NCBI GenBank assembly: GCA_964540695.1 | Contig: CAZINS010000001.1 | Coordinates: 156,826 to 220,825, forward strand | DNA length: 64,000 bases | Direction: 5' to 3' | Source: an uncultured Gammaproteobacteria bacterium | GTDB lineage: Bacteria; Patescibacteriota; Patescibacteriia; S139-126 | In this document: positions 1 to 10,623 of the stretch, piece by piece | Layout of the letters: every line of letters begins with the position of its first letter | How positions within the stretch are numbered: position 1 is the stretch's first letter | The notes under the pieces: model-generated | Database searches by the model: none | The model's input: only the letters and a program-made list of their open reading frames with translations | Told to the model about the DNA's origin: nothing | Translations under genes and position numbers: made by a program

Positions 1-995
1 AGAATAATTGCTACTGGTATTGATATAATAGCTCCCACAGGGCCACCAATTTTAGCTCCAATTAAAATAGATAAAATTACAATTACTGGATTTAGTCCCA
101 CTGCCTTAGACATAATTTTTGGAGTTAAAAAACTATTTTCCATTTGCTGAATAAGAAAATAAATCAAAATAGTTACCACTCCAGTCCAAGGAGACATAGT
201 AAAACCAATTAAAACACCGGGGATAGCTCCCAAGAAAGGACCAACATAAGGAATAATTTCAGTAATTGCAGCAATTAAAGCCAAAACAAAAGCATATTTT
301 ATACCTAAAATTTTTAAACCTATGTAAACCAATAAACCAACGGCAAAACTAAGAATTATCTGGCCACGTAACCATTGCCCCATTCGTAAAGAAATACGAT
401 CCATTAATTCAACTAAATAAGTTTGATATCTTTTGGGACTAATTGAAGTAATAAATTTTTTAGTATTATCTTCTTCAATTATCATATAAAAAGTCATGAC
501 CAAAACGGAAAACAAAGAAATAATAGCCCCAAAAAATCCACCTACAAAAGTCAATACACTACCTGAACTCTTACCTAAATCAGTTTGCCAACCTGATAAA
601 GCCATTTTTATATTATTAATCATTTCAAAACCTACTGCTGTCGACCTAACATTAATTAACCATTGAGTAAACTGATTAATAAAATTTGGTAAATTTTTAA
701 TTAATTCATTGGTCTGTTCTATCACTACCGGTACCATTAAACCAATCGCTAAAGAAAAAATGCTTAAGATAACAATAAAAATACCTAAAATACTAATTGA
801 TCTAGGAATTTTTTTTGTTTGAAACCAATCTACCCAAGGATCAAAAGCAGCAGCAAGTACTAAAGCAATTAATAACAAAAATAAGATATCGCGCACAATC
901 CAAACAAAACCTAAAATTAAAAGTACTGTTATAACTTTAAAAAAGGTCAAAGTAGAAACTGTCACCGTAATTGGTTGTTTGTTTTCTCCGCTCAT
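1..995 (-). CDS. AI-2E family transporter (PerM/UPF0118-like permease), 5' portion; gene runs off window start
   Basis: Reverse translation from ATG at 993-995 gives MSGENKQPITVTVSTLTFFKVITVLLILGFVWIVRDILFLLLIALVLAAAFDPWVDWF followed by multiple TM segments. No stop in window, so it is absent from the ORF track. Confidence 0.55.
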   Translation of the reverse strand, partial: MSGENKQPITVTVSTLTFFKVITVLLILGFVWIVRDILFLLLIALVLAAAFDPWVDWFQTKKIPRSISILGIFIVILSIFSLAIGLMVPVVIEQTNELIKNLPNFINQFTQWLINVRSTAVGFEMINNIKMALSGWQTDLGKSSGSVLTFVGGFFGAIISLFSVLVMTFYMIIEEDNTKKFITSISPKRYQTYLVELMDRISLRMGQWLRGQIILSFAVGLLVYIGLKILGIKYAFVLALIAAITEIIPYVGPFLGAIPGVLIGFTMSPWTGVVTILIYFLIQQMENSFLTPKIMSKAVGLNPVIVILSILIGAKIGGPVGAIISIPVAII

Positions 996-1005
996 ATAAT
1001 TTAAA

Positions 1006-2277
1006 TTAAAAACTTAAAAATTTATTTAAATTTTTTTTATCAATCGCATCACCAATAATTGCTAGATTTAATTTTTTTGTATTAATTGTTTGTTGTAAAG
1101 CTGCTTGGACATCTTGTAATTTTACTGTTTCCAGTCGAGTTAAATATTTTTCTGGAGTTTCAATTTTCTGTCCACTCAACCAACGATCTGCATACCACTG
1201 TGCTATTTGTGAGCTATCTTCCAAAGCCAAAACTGTTTTGCCCCGAATAAAATCTTTGGCTTTTATAAATTCACTATTAGTTATACCTTGAGATTTAATT
1301 TTCTTATATTCTTTAACAATTAAACCAATTGCTTTTTGCAATCTGGTTTTATCAAGTCCAGCATAAACTACTAAACTTCCGGTATCATAATAAGTGTTTA
1401 CTCGAGAACGCACATAATAACACAAACCCTGCCTTTCTCTAATATTGATAAATAACCGTGAACTCATATTTCCTCCAAAAGCAACATTGGCAATTTTTAA
1501 AGGTAAAGTAGTGGCGCTCCGGTGATTAATATTAGCAACAAAACCAAGTGCCAAATGCATTTGTTCTGTCTTTTTTTCTTTCAATAAAATCTTGGGTTTA
1601 TTTTGCTTTATTTTTACTTTATTAGCTTGTCCAACTTTACCTTTTTTTGTTTGTCTAAACAATTTAGCAATATATTTTTGTGCTGATAGTTGATCTACTT
1701 TCCCGGCAATTACTACCAACATATTAGCAGCTGTGTAGTAACGCTCAATAAATTTAACAAAATCTTTTCTGGAAAATGAATTAACTGTTTCCTTGGTACC
1801 AGCTATATTCCTACCCAATTGACTTTCGGGATAGGCACAAGCATCAAATTCATCTTCCAACATCATCATGGGAGCATCTTCATACATATTTATTTCTTCA
1901 ACAATCACTCCTTTTTCCCTTTCAATTTCTTGTTCAGCTAACAAAGAATTATTCAACATATCAGCTAATATATCTAAAGTAAAAAATAAATGTTTGGCGT
2001 CGGCTTTAATATAATAACCAGTATACTCTTTACCAGTAAAAGCATTAAAATCAGCACCAATACTATCTAATTCTCTGGATATTAACAAAGTTGATGGCCG
2101 ACTTTTTGTACCTTTGAACATTAAATGTTCTGTAAAATGAGCTATGCCATTGTATTTACTTGGCTCAAAACGTGAACCAACTTTAACTGCTACTAAGACA
2201 GTCGTGGCATTAGTACCAATTTGTGGACTAATAATAGACGTTAGCCCGTTTTTATATTTATAAGTATAAAACATCAA
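1006..2277 (-). CDS. M16 family zinc peptidase (insulinase-like)
   Basis: HFTEHLMFKGT contains the inverted zinc motif HxxEH; length 423 aa fits M16. Confidence 0.7.
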   Translation of the reverse strand: MMFYTYKYKNGLTSIISPQIGTNATTVLVAVKVGSRFEPSKYNGIAHFTEHLMFKGTKSRPSTLLISRELDSIGADFNAFTGKEYTGYYIKADAKHLFFTLDILADMLNNSLLAEQEIEREKGVIVEEINMYEDAPMMMLEDEFDACAYPESQLGRNIAGTKETVNSFSRKDFVKFIERYYTAANMLVVIAGKVDQLSAQKYIAKLFRQTKKGKVGQANKVKIKQNKPKILLKEKKTEQMHLALGFVANINHRSATTLPLKIANVAFGGNMSSRLFINIRERQGLCYYVRSRVNTYYDTGSLVVYAGLDKTRLQKAIGLIVKEYKKIKSQGITNSEFIKAKDFIRGKTVLALEDSSQIAQWYADRWLSGQKIETPEKYLTRLETVKLQDVQAALQQTINTKKLNLAIIGDAIDKKNLNKFLSF

Positions 2278-3671
2278 TTAAACTTAGTTTTAAAATAATT
2301 TTCTAAATCTCCAATCGCCACTCTGGTTTGTTGCATGGTATCCCGATCTCTAACTGTTACCGCTTGATCATTAGCTGTAGCAAAATCAATGGTAATACAA
2401 TATGGTGTACCAATTTCATCTTGTCGGCGATAACGTCTACCAATTGAACCAGTTTCGTCGTATTGCACAGTATAAATTGAACTTAAATTCCTAGCAATAT
2501 TTTGAGCTGTAACCAATAATGGTTCTTTCTTAGCTAATGGTAGAATAGCTATTTTTATTGGCGCTAATTCATAAGGTAATTTCAAAACCACTTCGGTTTC
2601 TTTGGTTGCTTCTGTTGTAGTAGTACGACCACCTGTCACTTCAGTATAGGCTTCAAGTAAAACCACTAAAAAAGAACGATCGACTCCCAACGAAGGTTCA
2701 ATAATATGAGGAATAAACTTTTCTTTACTGACTGGATCAGTATATTCTAAATTTTGTCCACTGAATTTTTGATGTTGTTTTAAATCATAATCAGTCCGAT
2801 AAGCCAGCCCATAAAGTTCTTTACGCCCAAAAGGATATTCATATTCAAAATCTATTGTCCGTTGTGAATAAAAAGCTCGGTCACTCCTCTCGATTTCTTT
2901 TAAATATAAATTTTTTTCTTTAATTCCTAAAAATTTACACCAGGTTTTCATTAGCTCCAGCCAATCATTAAAATATTTTTCCCATTCTTTTGGATTTACA
3001 AAATATTCTACTTCCATTTGTTCAAATTCGCGGGTACGGAATATGAAATTTTCTACGGTTATTTCATTCCGAAAAGCTTTACCAATTTGACCAATTCCAA
3101 AGGGAATACGCATCCGCATACTATCAACTACATTTTTAAAATTTACAAATATACCACCTGCTGTTTCTGGTCTAAGATAAACTTTTCCCGCTGCTTCCTC
3201 CACCGGACCCATAAAAGTCTGAAACATCAAATTAAACTGTCTAACTTCAGTTAAATCACCCCCGCAGTCAGGACACTGGTAATCAGCAACAAAAAAAGGT
3301 TTCTCTTTATCATAGCCGGGACTTTTAGGATTAGCTGGCAATAAATGATCAGCTCTAAATCTTTTTTTACATTTTTTGCAATCTATCAAAGGATCAGTAA
3401 AATTCTGCACATGACCCGATGCTTCCCATACTTTGGGATGCATAATAATAGCAGCATCAAGACCAACCATATCAAGTTTATTTTGTACAAAAAATTTCCA
3501 CCAAGCACGTTTAATATTATTTTTCAATTCTACTCCCAAAGGACCATAGTCATAAGCGGCTTGCAAACCACCATATATATCTGAAGAAGGAAAAATAAAA
3601 CCGCGGCGCTTTAGTAAAGCCACCACTTTTTCCATCTTATTTTGTTTATCTTGATTTGTCATTTTTTCCAT
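2274..3671 (-). CDS. glyS: Glycyl-tRNA synthetase, dimeric archaeal/eukaryal type
   Basis: 465 aa, class II aaRS motifs (FRNEI, GxGxGxDR-like GVDRSFL), C-terminal anticodon-binding domain; single-chain GlyRS rather than the GlyQ/GlyS heterotetramer. Confidence 0.8.
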   Translation of the reverse strand: MEKMTNQDKQNKMEKVVALLKRRGFIFPSSDIYGGLQAAYDYGPLGVELKNNIKRAWWKFFVQNKLDMVGLDAAIIMHPKVWEASGHVQNFTDPLIDCKKCKKRFRADHLLPANPKSPGYDKEKPFFVADYQCPDCGGDLTEVRQFNLMFQTFMGPVEEAAGKVYLRPETAGGIFVNFKNVVDSMRMRIPFGIGQIGKAFRNEITVENFIFRTREFEQMEVEYFVNPKEWEKYFNDWLELMKTWCKFLGIKEKNLYLKEIERSDRAFYSQRTIDFEYEYPFGRKELYGLAYRTDYDLKQHQKFSGQNLEYTDPVSKEKFIPHIIEPSLGVDRSFLVVLLEAYTEVTGGRTTTTEATKETEVVLKLPYELAPIKIAILPLAKKEPLLVTAQNIARNLSSIYTVQYDETGSIGRRYRRQDEIGTPYCITIDFATANDQAVTVRDRDTMQQTRVAIGDLENYFKTKFN

Positions 3672-3742
3672 AAATCTAACTAATTATAATAATATTTTAG
3701 GTTTTTAGCAAATTTAATAAAAAATAGCCACTGGAGCAGTGG

Positions 3743-4291
3743 CTAAGCTTTGGCACCTAATTTTAATTGCTGCCAATTAAAATATTTTTTTATTTCTTCT
3801 GGTAACAATTTATAGTTGGATTGGGCTTTCAACCAAACAGAGGTTTTTTTATACCAACGGGAAAAATTTCTTTGTTTAATAAAACTAATTAATTTTCTAT
3901 ATATTGCATTGACCATTCTCACCTCACCCGATAAACCAAATTCACTGATAATAAAAAAATTATTAACTAATTTCTGTTCTTGTTTTTTTGTAAACAAAAA
4001 ATCTTGATAATTCATAAAATAAACAATTTCAAAATTTTTCTTATTGGGCTGCAAGACTCCTCTTCTCGTCTGTCTATATTGAGGTACTAAGTCTAAAACT
4101 TTATTCAATCCATATTTACTTGGTTGATTAGTAACATCGACAATGAAGTAAGTAATAATAGTATTCATAAATACTGCTAAAATCTTTTGTTCGTCTTGAT
4201 AGTCAACAAACTTATTTTTAGGAAATTTTAATACTTTTTTTAAATCAGCTAAAGAAAACATTTTTCTAATGTAACTTTCATTTGTTTTCAT
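3743..4291 (-). CDS. hypothetical protein
   Basis: 182 aa ORF, Lys-rich, no recognisable motifs; separated from the upstream helicase by a terminator. Confidence 0.4.
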   Translation of the reverse strand: MKTNESYIRKMFSLADLKKVLKFPKNKFVDYQDEQKILAVFMNTIITYFIVDVTNQPSKYGLNKVLDLVPQYRQTRRGVLQPNKKNFEIVYFMNYQDFLFTKKQEQKLVNNFFIISEFGLSGEVRMVNAIYRKLISFIKQRNFSRWYKKTSVWLKAQSNYKLLPEEIKKYFNWQQLKLGAKA

Positions 4292-4600
4292 AATCTTTTC
4301 TCCTTAAAGATATTGATAAATTTTTGGGTAAATATAAAACTTTTTTATGACCTGCATAAAATAAAAAACATTGTATATAGTATTGGTAAACTACCACTTG
4401 GGCAGTTAATTCCTACTTAACACCAGTTTATAAATCTTGGCGGCAATTATCACTGGTTTAAATTTTCAATGTGCTGTTCTAGAATTAATTCTAACTTCTT
4501 TCTATAACGTACATTATCATTTTATTCTCCTTATTTTTTTGCCACTCTAACATGTTTTTTTTATTTAGTCAATTATACTTAACTTGATAAAAATAAATTT

Positions 4601-4630
4601 AAAAACTCCGAAATTATTTCGGAGTTTTGT
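4601..4630 (-). terminator. Rho-independent terminator after helicase gene (palindromic, usable from either strand)
   Basis: aaactccgaaat / atttcggagttt stem with T-run on the minus-strand reading, immediately 3' of the 4631 stop. Confidence 0.6.
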
Positions 4631-6571
4631 TTAATTTATAGGGATAATTCCCTGCTTTTCAGTAAGATTAGAAACAAAAATATTCACTAATTTTTCTTGC
4701 CAAAAATTTTCCACTATTACTCTACCAGAAACAATAACTTTTTTACCCTCTAATTCTTTTAATTTTTTTATTTCTTCAATATTGTCTACTGGTAAAATCT
4801 GTTCTACATTGACAGTTTCATCATCTTTTAATGCCCGACCAAGGAATTTATAAGCCACCAATCTACTATTTTTGATAATTTCTATTAGTGTCACTTCTTG
4901 CATTAGAAATATATCTCTAATAATAGTATTGTGGCTAGCAATTAATTTTTTCTTGGGTTTATCTAAATCAACGTTATGTTGTTTGGTTTTTTTATTTGGT
5001 ACATAAACATCAGGTATGATTTTTATTTGTTTATACATTTGTTCACGTTTAGCTTCATTGGCATAATGCATTGCTTGATCAAATTGAGAAAACAATAAAT
5101 GCCATACTCTGCCTGGATTCTCACGCCCGACACGACCTTCAGCATTGGCTAAAAAATTAGGCGTATTGGGTTGACCGTACATCACTAAATTTTGTAAATT
5201 TTTTAAATGTAACCCTTCACTACCAACTGAAGAAATTTGCAAAACACCATCATTACGTTGATTGAATTCTTGTCTAACTTTTTTTCTATCCTTGGTATGC
5301 TGTAAATTGATATGACTTTTACCAATTAAAAGACTATTATCACTTCCCCAACTAGTTAAATAGTGACTGGCTATCTGTAACATCTCTATCGATGAATGAT
5401 AAATGGCTGTTTGTTGAGTTGAAAATAATTCACGTAACTCTTGTAATCGTAGTAATTTGGGATGTAATTTTTTTGGAATTTTTAAAATTTCGTCCCAACC
5501 ACTATAATGTTTGATGTCTTGATATAACTGTTTATTCTCTTTGGCTAACCTATTACCTGCCTTACTACCATCTTGAGCTAATCTATCATAATAAGAAAAA
5601 AACATTTCAAAAGAGTTTTGAAAAAGTTGTCTCATAAGGTGCAACATCTTTTGTACGCAGGCAAAATTATGTGATGCTCTTAAACCTTGTAAATTATCAA
5701 CTTCTTTCAACTCATTTATTTTACCAAGAATATCTTCGGTATCTTTTTGTGACAATAATCTAAATTTCTTTGGTAATAAATCTTCTAAATTAGCTTGATA
5801 AAAATTGTCAGTTAAATTGTTGTAATACATACCAGTACGATCAAACATTTGTTTCCATGTTTGTTCCCACCACTCATCAAAGGAAATATCAGCCATAATT
5901 CTTTCCATTGGTTGTTGCCAAGCCAGTTGTTCAGCTTGAGATGTTGTCCACCAACCACCGTGTAAACATAAAGCTTTAGCTGATTGTTCTCGGTCTGATA
6001 TAGTCCCGGGAACTGCTGTTTGAGCAATAATTTTGCCATAAGGATGACAACGAGCTGTTATGTCAGTGTAAGGAAATTTTTTTATCCCGTGATGAGCTTC
6101 ATCAATAATAATCAATTGAAAATAATTTGGGGAAATAATTTTTCTGGCTAAATCATTAGCAACATTATGCGGAGTAGAAATATAAACATGACAATTTTCT
6201 TTTTGCCACCATTCTTGACGTTTAACCTTATTGACACCTGCTAGTAAAACTATTTCATCATTGGAAAAATTATAATAATTTTGAAAATCTTGATAAATTT
6301 GTGCATTTAATTCTTCAGTTGGTGCTGTCACTAAAATTTTTTTCCAATCTTTATTTAAATAGTGATCTACTAACAATAAATCAATAATGGTTTTTCCAAA
6401 AGATGTTAAACAAACAAAACCATAATTTTTTTCATCTCTGGTTAACCAATGGACAATTTTTTCTTGAGTGGCACGCGGTTCAAGATTTTTGATTCGCTTA
6501 GATAAAGCTATGGCGAACATATCTGGAGTACCAGACAATAAAGCTTGGCGATATTTAGTTCTTTTGGCCAT
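4631..6571 (-). CDS. SF2 DEAH-box helicase with long insertion between motifs III and IV (Hef/RIG-I-like organisation)
   Basis: Q-like motif PRATQEKIV, motif I TSFGKT, motif II IIIDEAHH, motif III TAVPG, motif VI AEGRVGR; about 210 aa insert between the core RecA domains; 646 aa. Confidence 0.6.
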   Translation of the reverse strand: MAKRTKYRQALLSGTPDMFAIALSKRIKNLEPRATQEKIVHWLTRDEKNYGFVCLTSFGKTIIDLLLVDHYLNKDWKKILVTAPTEELNAQIYQDFQNYYNFSNDEIVLLAGVNKVKRQEWWQKENCHVYISTPHNVANDLARKIISPNYFQLIIIDEAHHGIKKFPYTDITARCHPYGKIIAQTAVPGTISDREQSAKALCLHGGWWTTSQAEQLAWQQPMERIMADISFDEWWEQTWKQMFDRTGMYYNNLTDNFYQANLEDLLPKKFRLLSQKDTEDILGKINELKEVDNLQGLRASHNFACVQKMLHLMRQLFQNSFEMFFSYYDRLAQDGSKAGNRLAKENKQLYQDIKHYSGWDEILKIPKKLHPKLLRLQELRELFSTQQTAIYHSSIEMLQIASHYLTSWGSDNSLLIGKSHINLQHTKDRKKVRQEFNQRNDGVLQISSVGSEGLHLKNLQNLVMYGQPNTPNFLANAEGRVGRENPGRVWHLLFSQFDQAMHYANEAKREQMYKQIKIIPDVYVPNKKTKQHNVDLDKPKKKLIASHNTIIRDIFLMQEVTLIEIIKNSRLVAYKFLGRALKDDETVNVEQILPVDNIEEIKKLKELEGKKVIVSGRVIVENFWQEKLVNIFVSNLTEKQGIIPIN

Positions 6572-6671
6572 TTCCTATTCTCCTTATTTTTATTTTAAAG
6601 TACAAAATTAATATAATAGTTTATAACAATTTTTTAGCTCCCGTCAAATAAGATTATGCTATAATTAAGCT

Positions 6672-7160
6672 ATGAGAAATAAAGGCTTTTCTTTAATTGA
6701 AATTTTAATATCCATTGCTATTATTGGATTAATTGGCACCATTACTTTGGTGGCCTTAGGAGGAGTTAGAGAAAAATCACGTGATACTAAAAGAAAAAAC
6801 GACATTGCTCAAATTGGCAGATTTCTGGCTTTATCTTGTTATGAGCCAACAAGCGGTACCGGAACTTATGATTTAGCCGACTTAATAGATGAAATTAAAA
6901 TAAAATTTCCTCAAGCTCAAAATTTTTTAACCCGGGCTCCCCGTGACCCAAAAATTGGCAACGATGAACAAACTTTTTATTTTTATCAATACAGAGCCAT
7001 AGATAAAAAATGTGCGCTTTATGCCAATCTGGAAAACCAGGACGAACCTATTACTTTGCCAAATTTAAACTCCCCCACACCTGGTGGTGGACAAGGTGTA
7101 CTCCAAGCTACTACCAATGGCCCTAACAATACAAACATCTATTTTCAATACTCAAATTAA
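6672..7160 (+). CDS. Type IV pilin-like protein (prepilin N-terminal methylation motif)
   Basis: MRNKGFSLIEILISIAIIGLIG has the G|F(S/T)LIE class III signal and hydrophobic helix; 162 aa. Confidence 0.75.
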   Translation: MRNKGFSLIEILISIAIIGLIGTITLVALGGVREKSRDTKRKNDIAQIGRFLALSCYEPTSGTGTYDLADLIDEIKIKFPQAQNFLTRAPRDPKIGNDEQTFYFYQYRAIDKKCALYANLENQDEPITLPNLNSPTPGGGQGVLQATTNGPNNTNIYFQYSN

Positions 7161-7190
7161 AAACAGCTCTTTGTCCAGAGCTGTTTTTTA
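7160..7190. terminator. Bidirectional rho-independent terminator between pilin (+) and rarA (-)
   Basis: aaaacagctct ttgtcc agagctgtttttt hairpin flanked by A/T runs on both sides. Confidence 0.65.
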
Positions 7191-8357
7191 GTTTAAATAT
7201 TTTTTTCCTTTTATCTCATCTGGCAAATAATCTTCTTCATCATAATTTTTATAGTCTTGGCCATATTTTAATTTTTTCATTAGTTTAGTTGGTGCATTCC
7301 TTATTTTTAAGGGTACGGGTAAATTGCCATATTTTTTTACATCTTGAGTGGCCATCATTAAACCCTCATAGGCTCGACGATCTTTTTTACAAGTAGCTAA
7401 GTAAACTGCACCGTGAGCTAGATTGATAGCACATTCTGGTAATCCAATTATTTCCACAGCACGAAAAACTTCATTAGCTACCACCAAAGCAGTTGATTGA
7501 GATAATCCAATGTCTTCACTGGCAAAAATTACCATTCGTCTAGCAATAAATTTTGGATCCTCCCCAGCTTCAATCATTCGAGCTAAATAGTATAGCGCGG
7601 CATTGGGCTGTGAAGCCCTCATACTTTTTATAAAAGCACTAATAGTATTATAATGTTCTTCCCCTTGTTTATCATAACGTAAAAATTTTGATTGTAATGT
7701 ATTTTTTAAATTGGCTAGAGTAATTTTTTGATACAACTGGCGAGTATTTTCAATCATAGTAATAGCTTGTCGGGCATCACCATTGGCCATTTTAACCAAC
7801 CAAGCCATCTCTAATTTTCCCAATTTATAACCAGTGCGACTAATAATTTTAATCATATCTTTTTCATCAAGCTCATTTAAAACAAACACTCGACAACGTG
7901 AAAGTAGAGGTGCAATTACTTCGAAGCTGGGATTTTCGGTGGTGGCACCAATTAAAGTCAACTGCCCGCTTTCTACATAAGGCAATAAGAAATCTTGCTG
8001 TGATTTATTGAAACGATGAATTTCATCTAAAAATAAAACTTTAGGCTGGTCGGATGAATCTTCTTTAATAATTTTTCTTATATCTTCTTTGCCAGCCGAA
8101 ACGGCTGATAACTCATATAGTTTTGCGGATAGGGCTTGTACATAAATACGTGCCAAAGTAGTTTTACCTGTTCCGGGGGGACCCCAAAGAATAAAAGAAA
8201 ATAAATGCTTTTTTAAAATAGCCACCCGTAGGGGTTTGTTTTTACCCACTAAATGTTCTTGGCCACAAAATTCATCTAGATTGGTTGGTCTTATTTTGTC
8301 TGCTAATGGTTGCATACTAATATTGTACCTGGGCTGAAAAATAAAAAAAAGCGGCAC
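7188..8357 (-). CDS. rarA: Replication-associated recombination protein A (MgsA/RarA AAA+ ATPase)
   Basis: Walker A GPPGTGKTT, Walker B LFLDEIHRFNK, sensor arginine, C-terminal MgsA helical domain. True start probably the internal MQPLADKIRP (about 8315). Confidence 0.8.
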   Translation of the reverse strand: MPLFFIFQPRYNISMQPLADKIRPTNLDEFCGQEHLVGKNKPLRVAILKKHLFSFILWGPPGTGKTTLARIYVQALSAKLYELSAVSAGKEDIRKIIKEDSSDQPKVLFLDEIHRFNKSQQDFLLPYVESGQLTLIGATTENPSFEVIAPLLSRCRVFVLNELDEKDMIKIISRTGYKLGKLEMAWLVKMANGDARQAITMIENTRQLYQKITLANLKNTLQSKFLRYDKQGEEHYNTISAFIKSMRASQPNAALYYLARMIEAGEDPKFIARRMVIFASEDIGLSQSTALVVANEVFRAVEIIGLPECAINLAHGAVYLATCKKDRRAYEGLMMATQDVKKYGNLPVPLKIRNAPTKLMKKLKYGQDYKNYDEEDYLPDEIKGKKYLN

Positions 8358-8402
8358 AAAATTTTATGTGCCGACAATATATTAAATGACTGGGAGTATT
8401 GA

Positions 8403-8723
8403 TTACCCGAGTAGTAAATGAAAAGCAATTTTTTGCTGTTGTTCTTTTATTTTAATACCTAATGATTGACTGGCGTCAACCAATCTATCTAACAATTCTT
8501 TACCTTTCTTTAGACAATCATACATTTCCCCTTCTTCGGTTTTTTTAACTGCAATGCTATGCATATCATCAGCTACACTGGTAATCAGTTCAGCTAATAC
8601 AGGTTCAGATAAAGGTATTGGTAAAAAATTATTCCAGATATTTTTTGGTATTTCGGTTATTTTCATATAACCTAACAAAATTTCCTCCGGTAATTTTTCC
8701 AGCAGACTAGCTATGGTTAACAT
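8403..8723 (-). CDS. hypothetical protein
   Basis: 106 aa ORF, no motifs recognised. Confidence 0.35.
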   Translation of the reverse strand: MLTIASLLEKLPEEILLGYMKITEIPKNIWNNFLPIPLSEPVLAELITSVADDMHSIAVKKTEEGEMYDCLKKGKELLDRLVDASQSLGIKIKEQQQKIAFHLLLG

Positions 8724-8795
8724 ATCTAACTCCTTTTATTTATGATTTAAAAGTTCATTTAATTAATTATTATAATTAAATTGGCAAAAAAGTCA

Positions 8796-8824
8796 ATGAC
8801 ATGATTCTTGTAATTTGTTATAAT
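8796..8824 (+). promoter_or_regulatory. Candidate sigma70-type promoter for the hydrogenase genes; -10 TATAAT ends 7 nt before the ATG (possible leaderless mRNA)
   Basis: -35 ATGACA (8796-8801), 17 nt spacer, -10 TATAAT (8819-8824); no Shine-Dalgarno before ATG 8832. Confidence 0.35.
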
Positions 8825-8831
8825 AAAATCA

Positions 8832-9329
8832 ATGAAAAAAACTTCTGTAAAAACTAAAAAATTGAAAGTCGGTTGGTTTACGTTTAGTTGTTGTGAAGAT
8901 AGTACTGTACTTTTTACTGAATTATTAAACGATCACTGGCAAGACTGGCTACCTTATTTGGATTTCAAACATGCTAAAGTATTAAAATCAAAAAACGAAT
9001 TAACTGAAATGGATGTGGTTTTTGTGGAAGGTGCTATTGCTTCTGAAGCCAAAGCCAAAGAACTAAAAAAAATCAGAGCTAAGGCTAAAATCTTAGTAGC
9101 TGTTGGCGCTTGTGCGGTAACTGGCATGCCTTCAGCTCAACGTAATGAATTCCCTGAAGAAGTTAGACAAGAAATAGATTTTTTACTTACTAAATTCAAC
9201 TACGGAGAAAAAGTAAAAAAACTCGAAGAAATAGTCACGGTTGATGCTAAAGTACCGGGGTGCCCGATGAATGAACAAAAATTCGTGGAACTAATGGAAC
9301 AAATGTTTAAACAATTTAACATCAAATGA
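8832..9329 (+). CDS. [NiFe]-hydrogenase small subunit, minimal NuoB-like form with a single proximal 4Fe-4S site
   Basis: Four conserved Cys contexts (FSCCEDS, GACAVTG, VPGCPMN) typical of NuoB/hydrogenase small subunit; 165 aa; immediately upstream of the large subunit. Confidence 0.7.
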   Translation: MKKTSVKTKKLKVGWFTFSCCEDSTVLFTELLNDHWQDWLPYLDFKHAKVLKSKNELTEMDVVFVEGAIASEAKAKELKKIRAKAKILVAVGACAVTGMPSAQRNEFPEEVRQEIDFLLTKFNYGEKVKKLEEIVTVDAKVPGCPMNEQKFVELMEQMFKQFNIK

Positions 9330-9333
9330 TTTT

Positions 9334-10623
9334 ATGCATTTAATTGATTTTGATTTAAATATCAATGAGATTACCAAAGTTGAAGGTTCGGCTGGACTGG
9401 ATGTTAAAGTGACCAATGGTAAGGTTGAGTATGTTAAATTTAAAGTTCAAGACTACAAAAGATTTTATACTCAAGCTATTCAAGGAAAGCCGATTGCGGC
9501 TGTACCACAACTATTATCTCGTATTTGTGGTACTTGTAGTATTGCTCATTTGATTGCCAGTATTGAAGCGGTGGAAAAAACTTTACAATATAAACCAAGT
9601 GAACAAACAAAAATTTTACGTGCTCTCACCTATCACGGACTAATTATCAGAGATCACGCTTTACATCTTTATGTTTTTGTCTTACCAGATTTATTTAATA
9701 AAGATTCTTTGCTTGATTTTGATGAAACAGACAAGATTCAACACCAACTACTTCATGATACTTTTGCGGTAAAAAGTGCTGGTAACAATTTAGCTAAATA
9801 TACTGCGGGACGCAGTGTCCATGCACCCTTCCCTGTTCCTGGTGGCTTTTTAAAAATACCTGACAATGCAGGTAAACAAGCTATCATCGAAGAAATGGAA
9901 AAAGTTAGACCAGCAGTTTTACGGCTGATTGAATTATTTTTAAATTCAACTGATTCCTTAATTAGGCCAACCAACTACGCGGCTTTAAAAAATGATGATT
10001 ATTCATATCTTGAAGGTAAACTCTGTGATATGAACGGCGTTATTGCTGAAGAAGCGGAATTTCGCAATCATCTTGAACACGTAGTATTGCCTTATTCTCA
10101 AGCCTCAGCCTATACTTTTGCCGGGCAACCATATCGAGTCGGTGCCTTGGCTAGAATAAATCTCAACCAACAGGCACTAAATGAAAGAACAAAAAAAGAT
10201 TGTACTCAAGCTTTAAAAATTTTCCCCTCACACAACGCTTATCATAATAATTTGGCCCAAGCCATTGAAATTCTTCACTCAATTGATGATACAATCACTA
10301 TACTAAAAAATAATGAATTCAAACCAGAAAAACCTGATAAACTTGACTTGCGTGCTGCCACTGGAGTGGGTGTAGTCGAAGCACCTAGAGGAACCCTGTA
10401 CCATAAACTTGAAATAGATGACAAAGGTATAGTTACCAAAGGTGAAGTAATAGTGCCAACGGGTCAAAATCAAATCACGATTGAACTTGATATTGCCGAG
10501 TATATACAAAAAAATTTAAACATGCCAAAAAAAGAGCTGGCTTTAGCTTGTGAAAAAATAATTCGCGCTTACGATCCCTGTATGAGTTGTGCTTCACACT
10601 TTTTGGAAGTTAACTGGCTATAA
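9334..10623 (+). CDS. [NiFe]-hydrogenase large subunit
   Basis: N-terminal RICGTCSIAH (RxCGxCxxxH) and C-terminal DPCMSCASH (DPCxxCxxH) nickel-ligating motifs; 429 aa with short C-terminal extension FLEVNWL after the cleavage His. Confidence 0.9.
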   Translation: MHLIDFDLNINEITKVEGSAGLDVKVTNGKVEYVKFKVQDYKRFYTQAIQGKPIAAVPQLLSRICGTCSIAHLIASIEAVEKTLQYKPSEQTKILRALTYHGLIIRDHALHLYVFVLPDLFNKDSLLDFDETDKIQHQLLHDTFAVKSAGNNLAKYTAGRSVHAPFPVPGGFLKIPDNAGKQAIIEEMEKVRPAVLRLIELFLNSTDSLIRPTNYAALKNDDYSYLEGKLCDMNGVIAEEAEFRNHLEHVVLPYSQASAYTFAGQPYRVGALARINLNQQALNERTKKDCTQALKIFPSHNAYHNNLAQAIEILHSIDDTITILKNNEFKPEKPDKLDLRAATGVGVVEAPRGTLYHKLEIDDKGIVTKGEVIVPTGQNQITIELDIAEYIQKNLNMPKKELALACEKIIRAYDPCMSCASHFLEVNWL

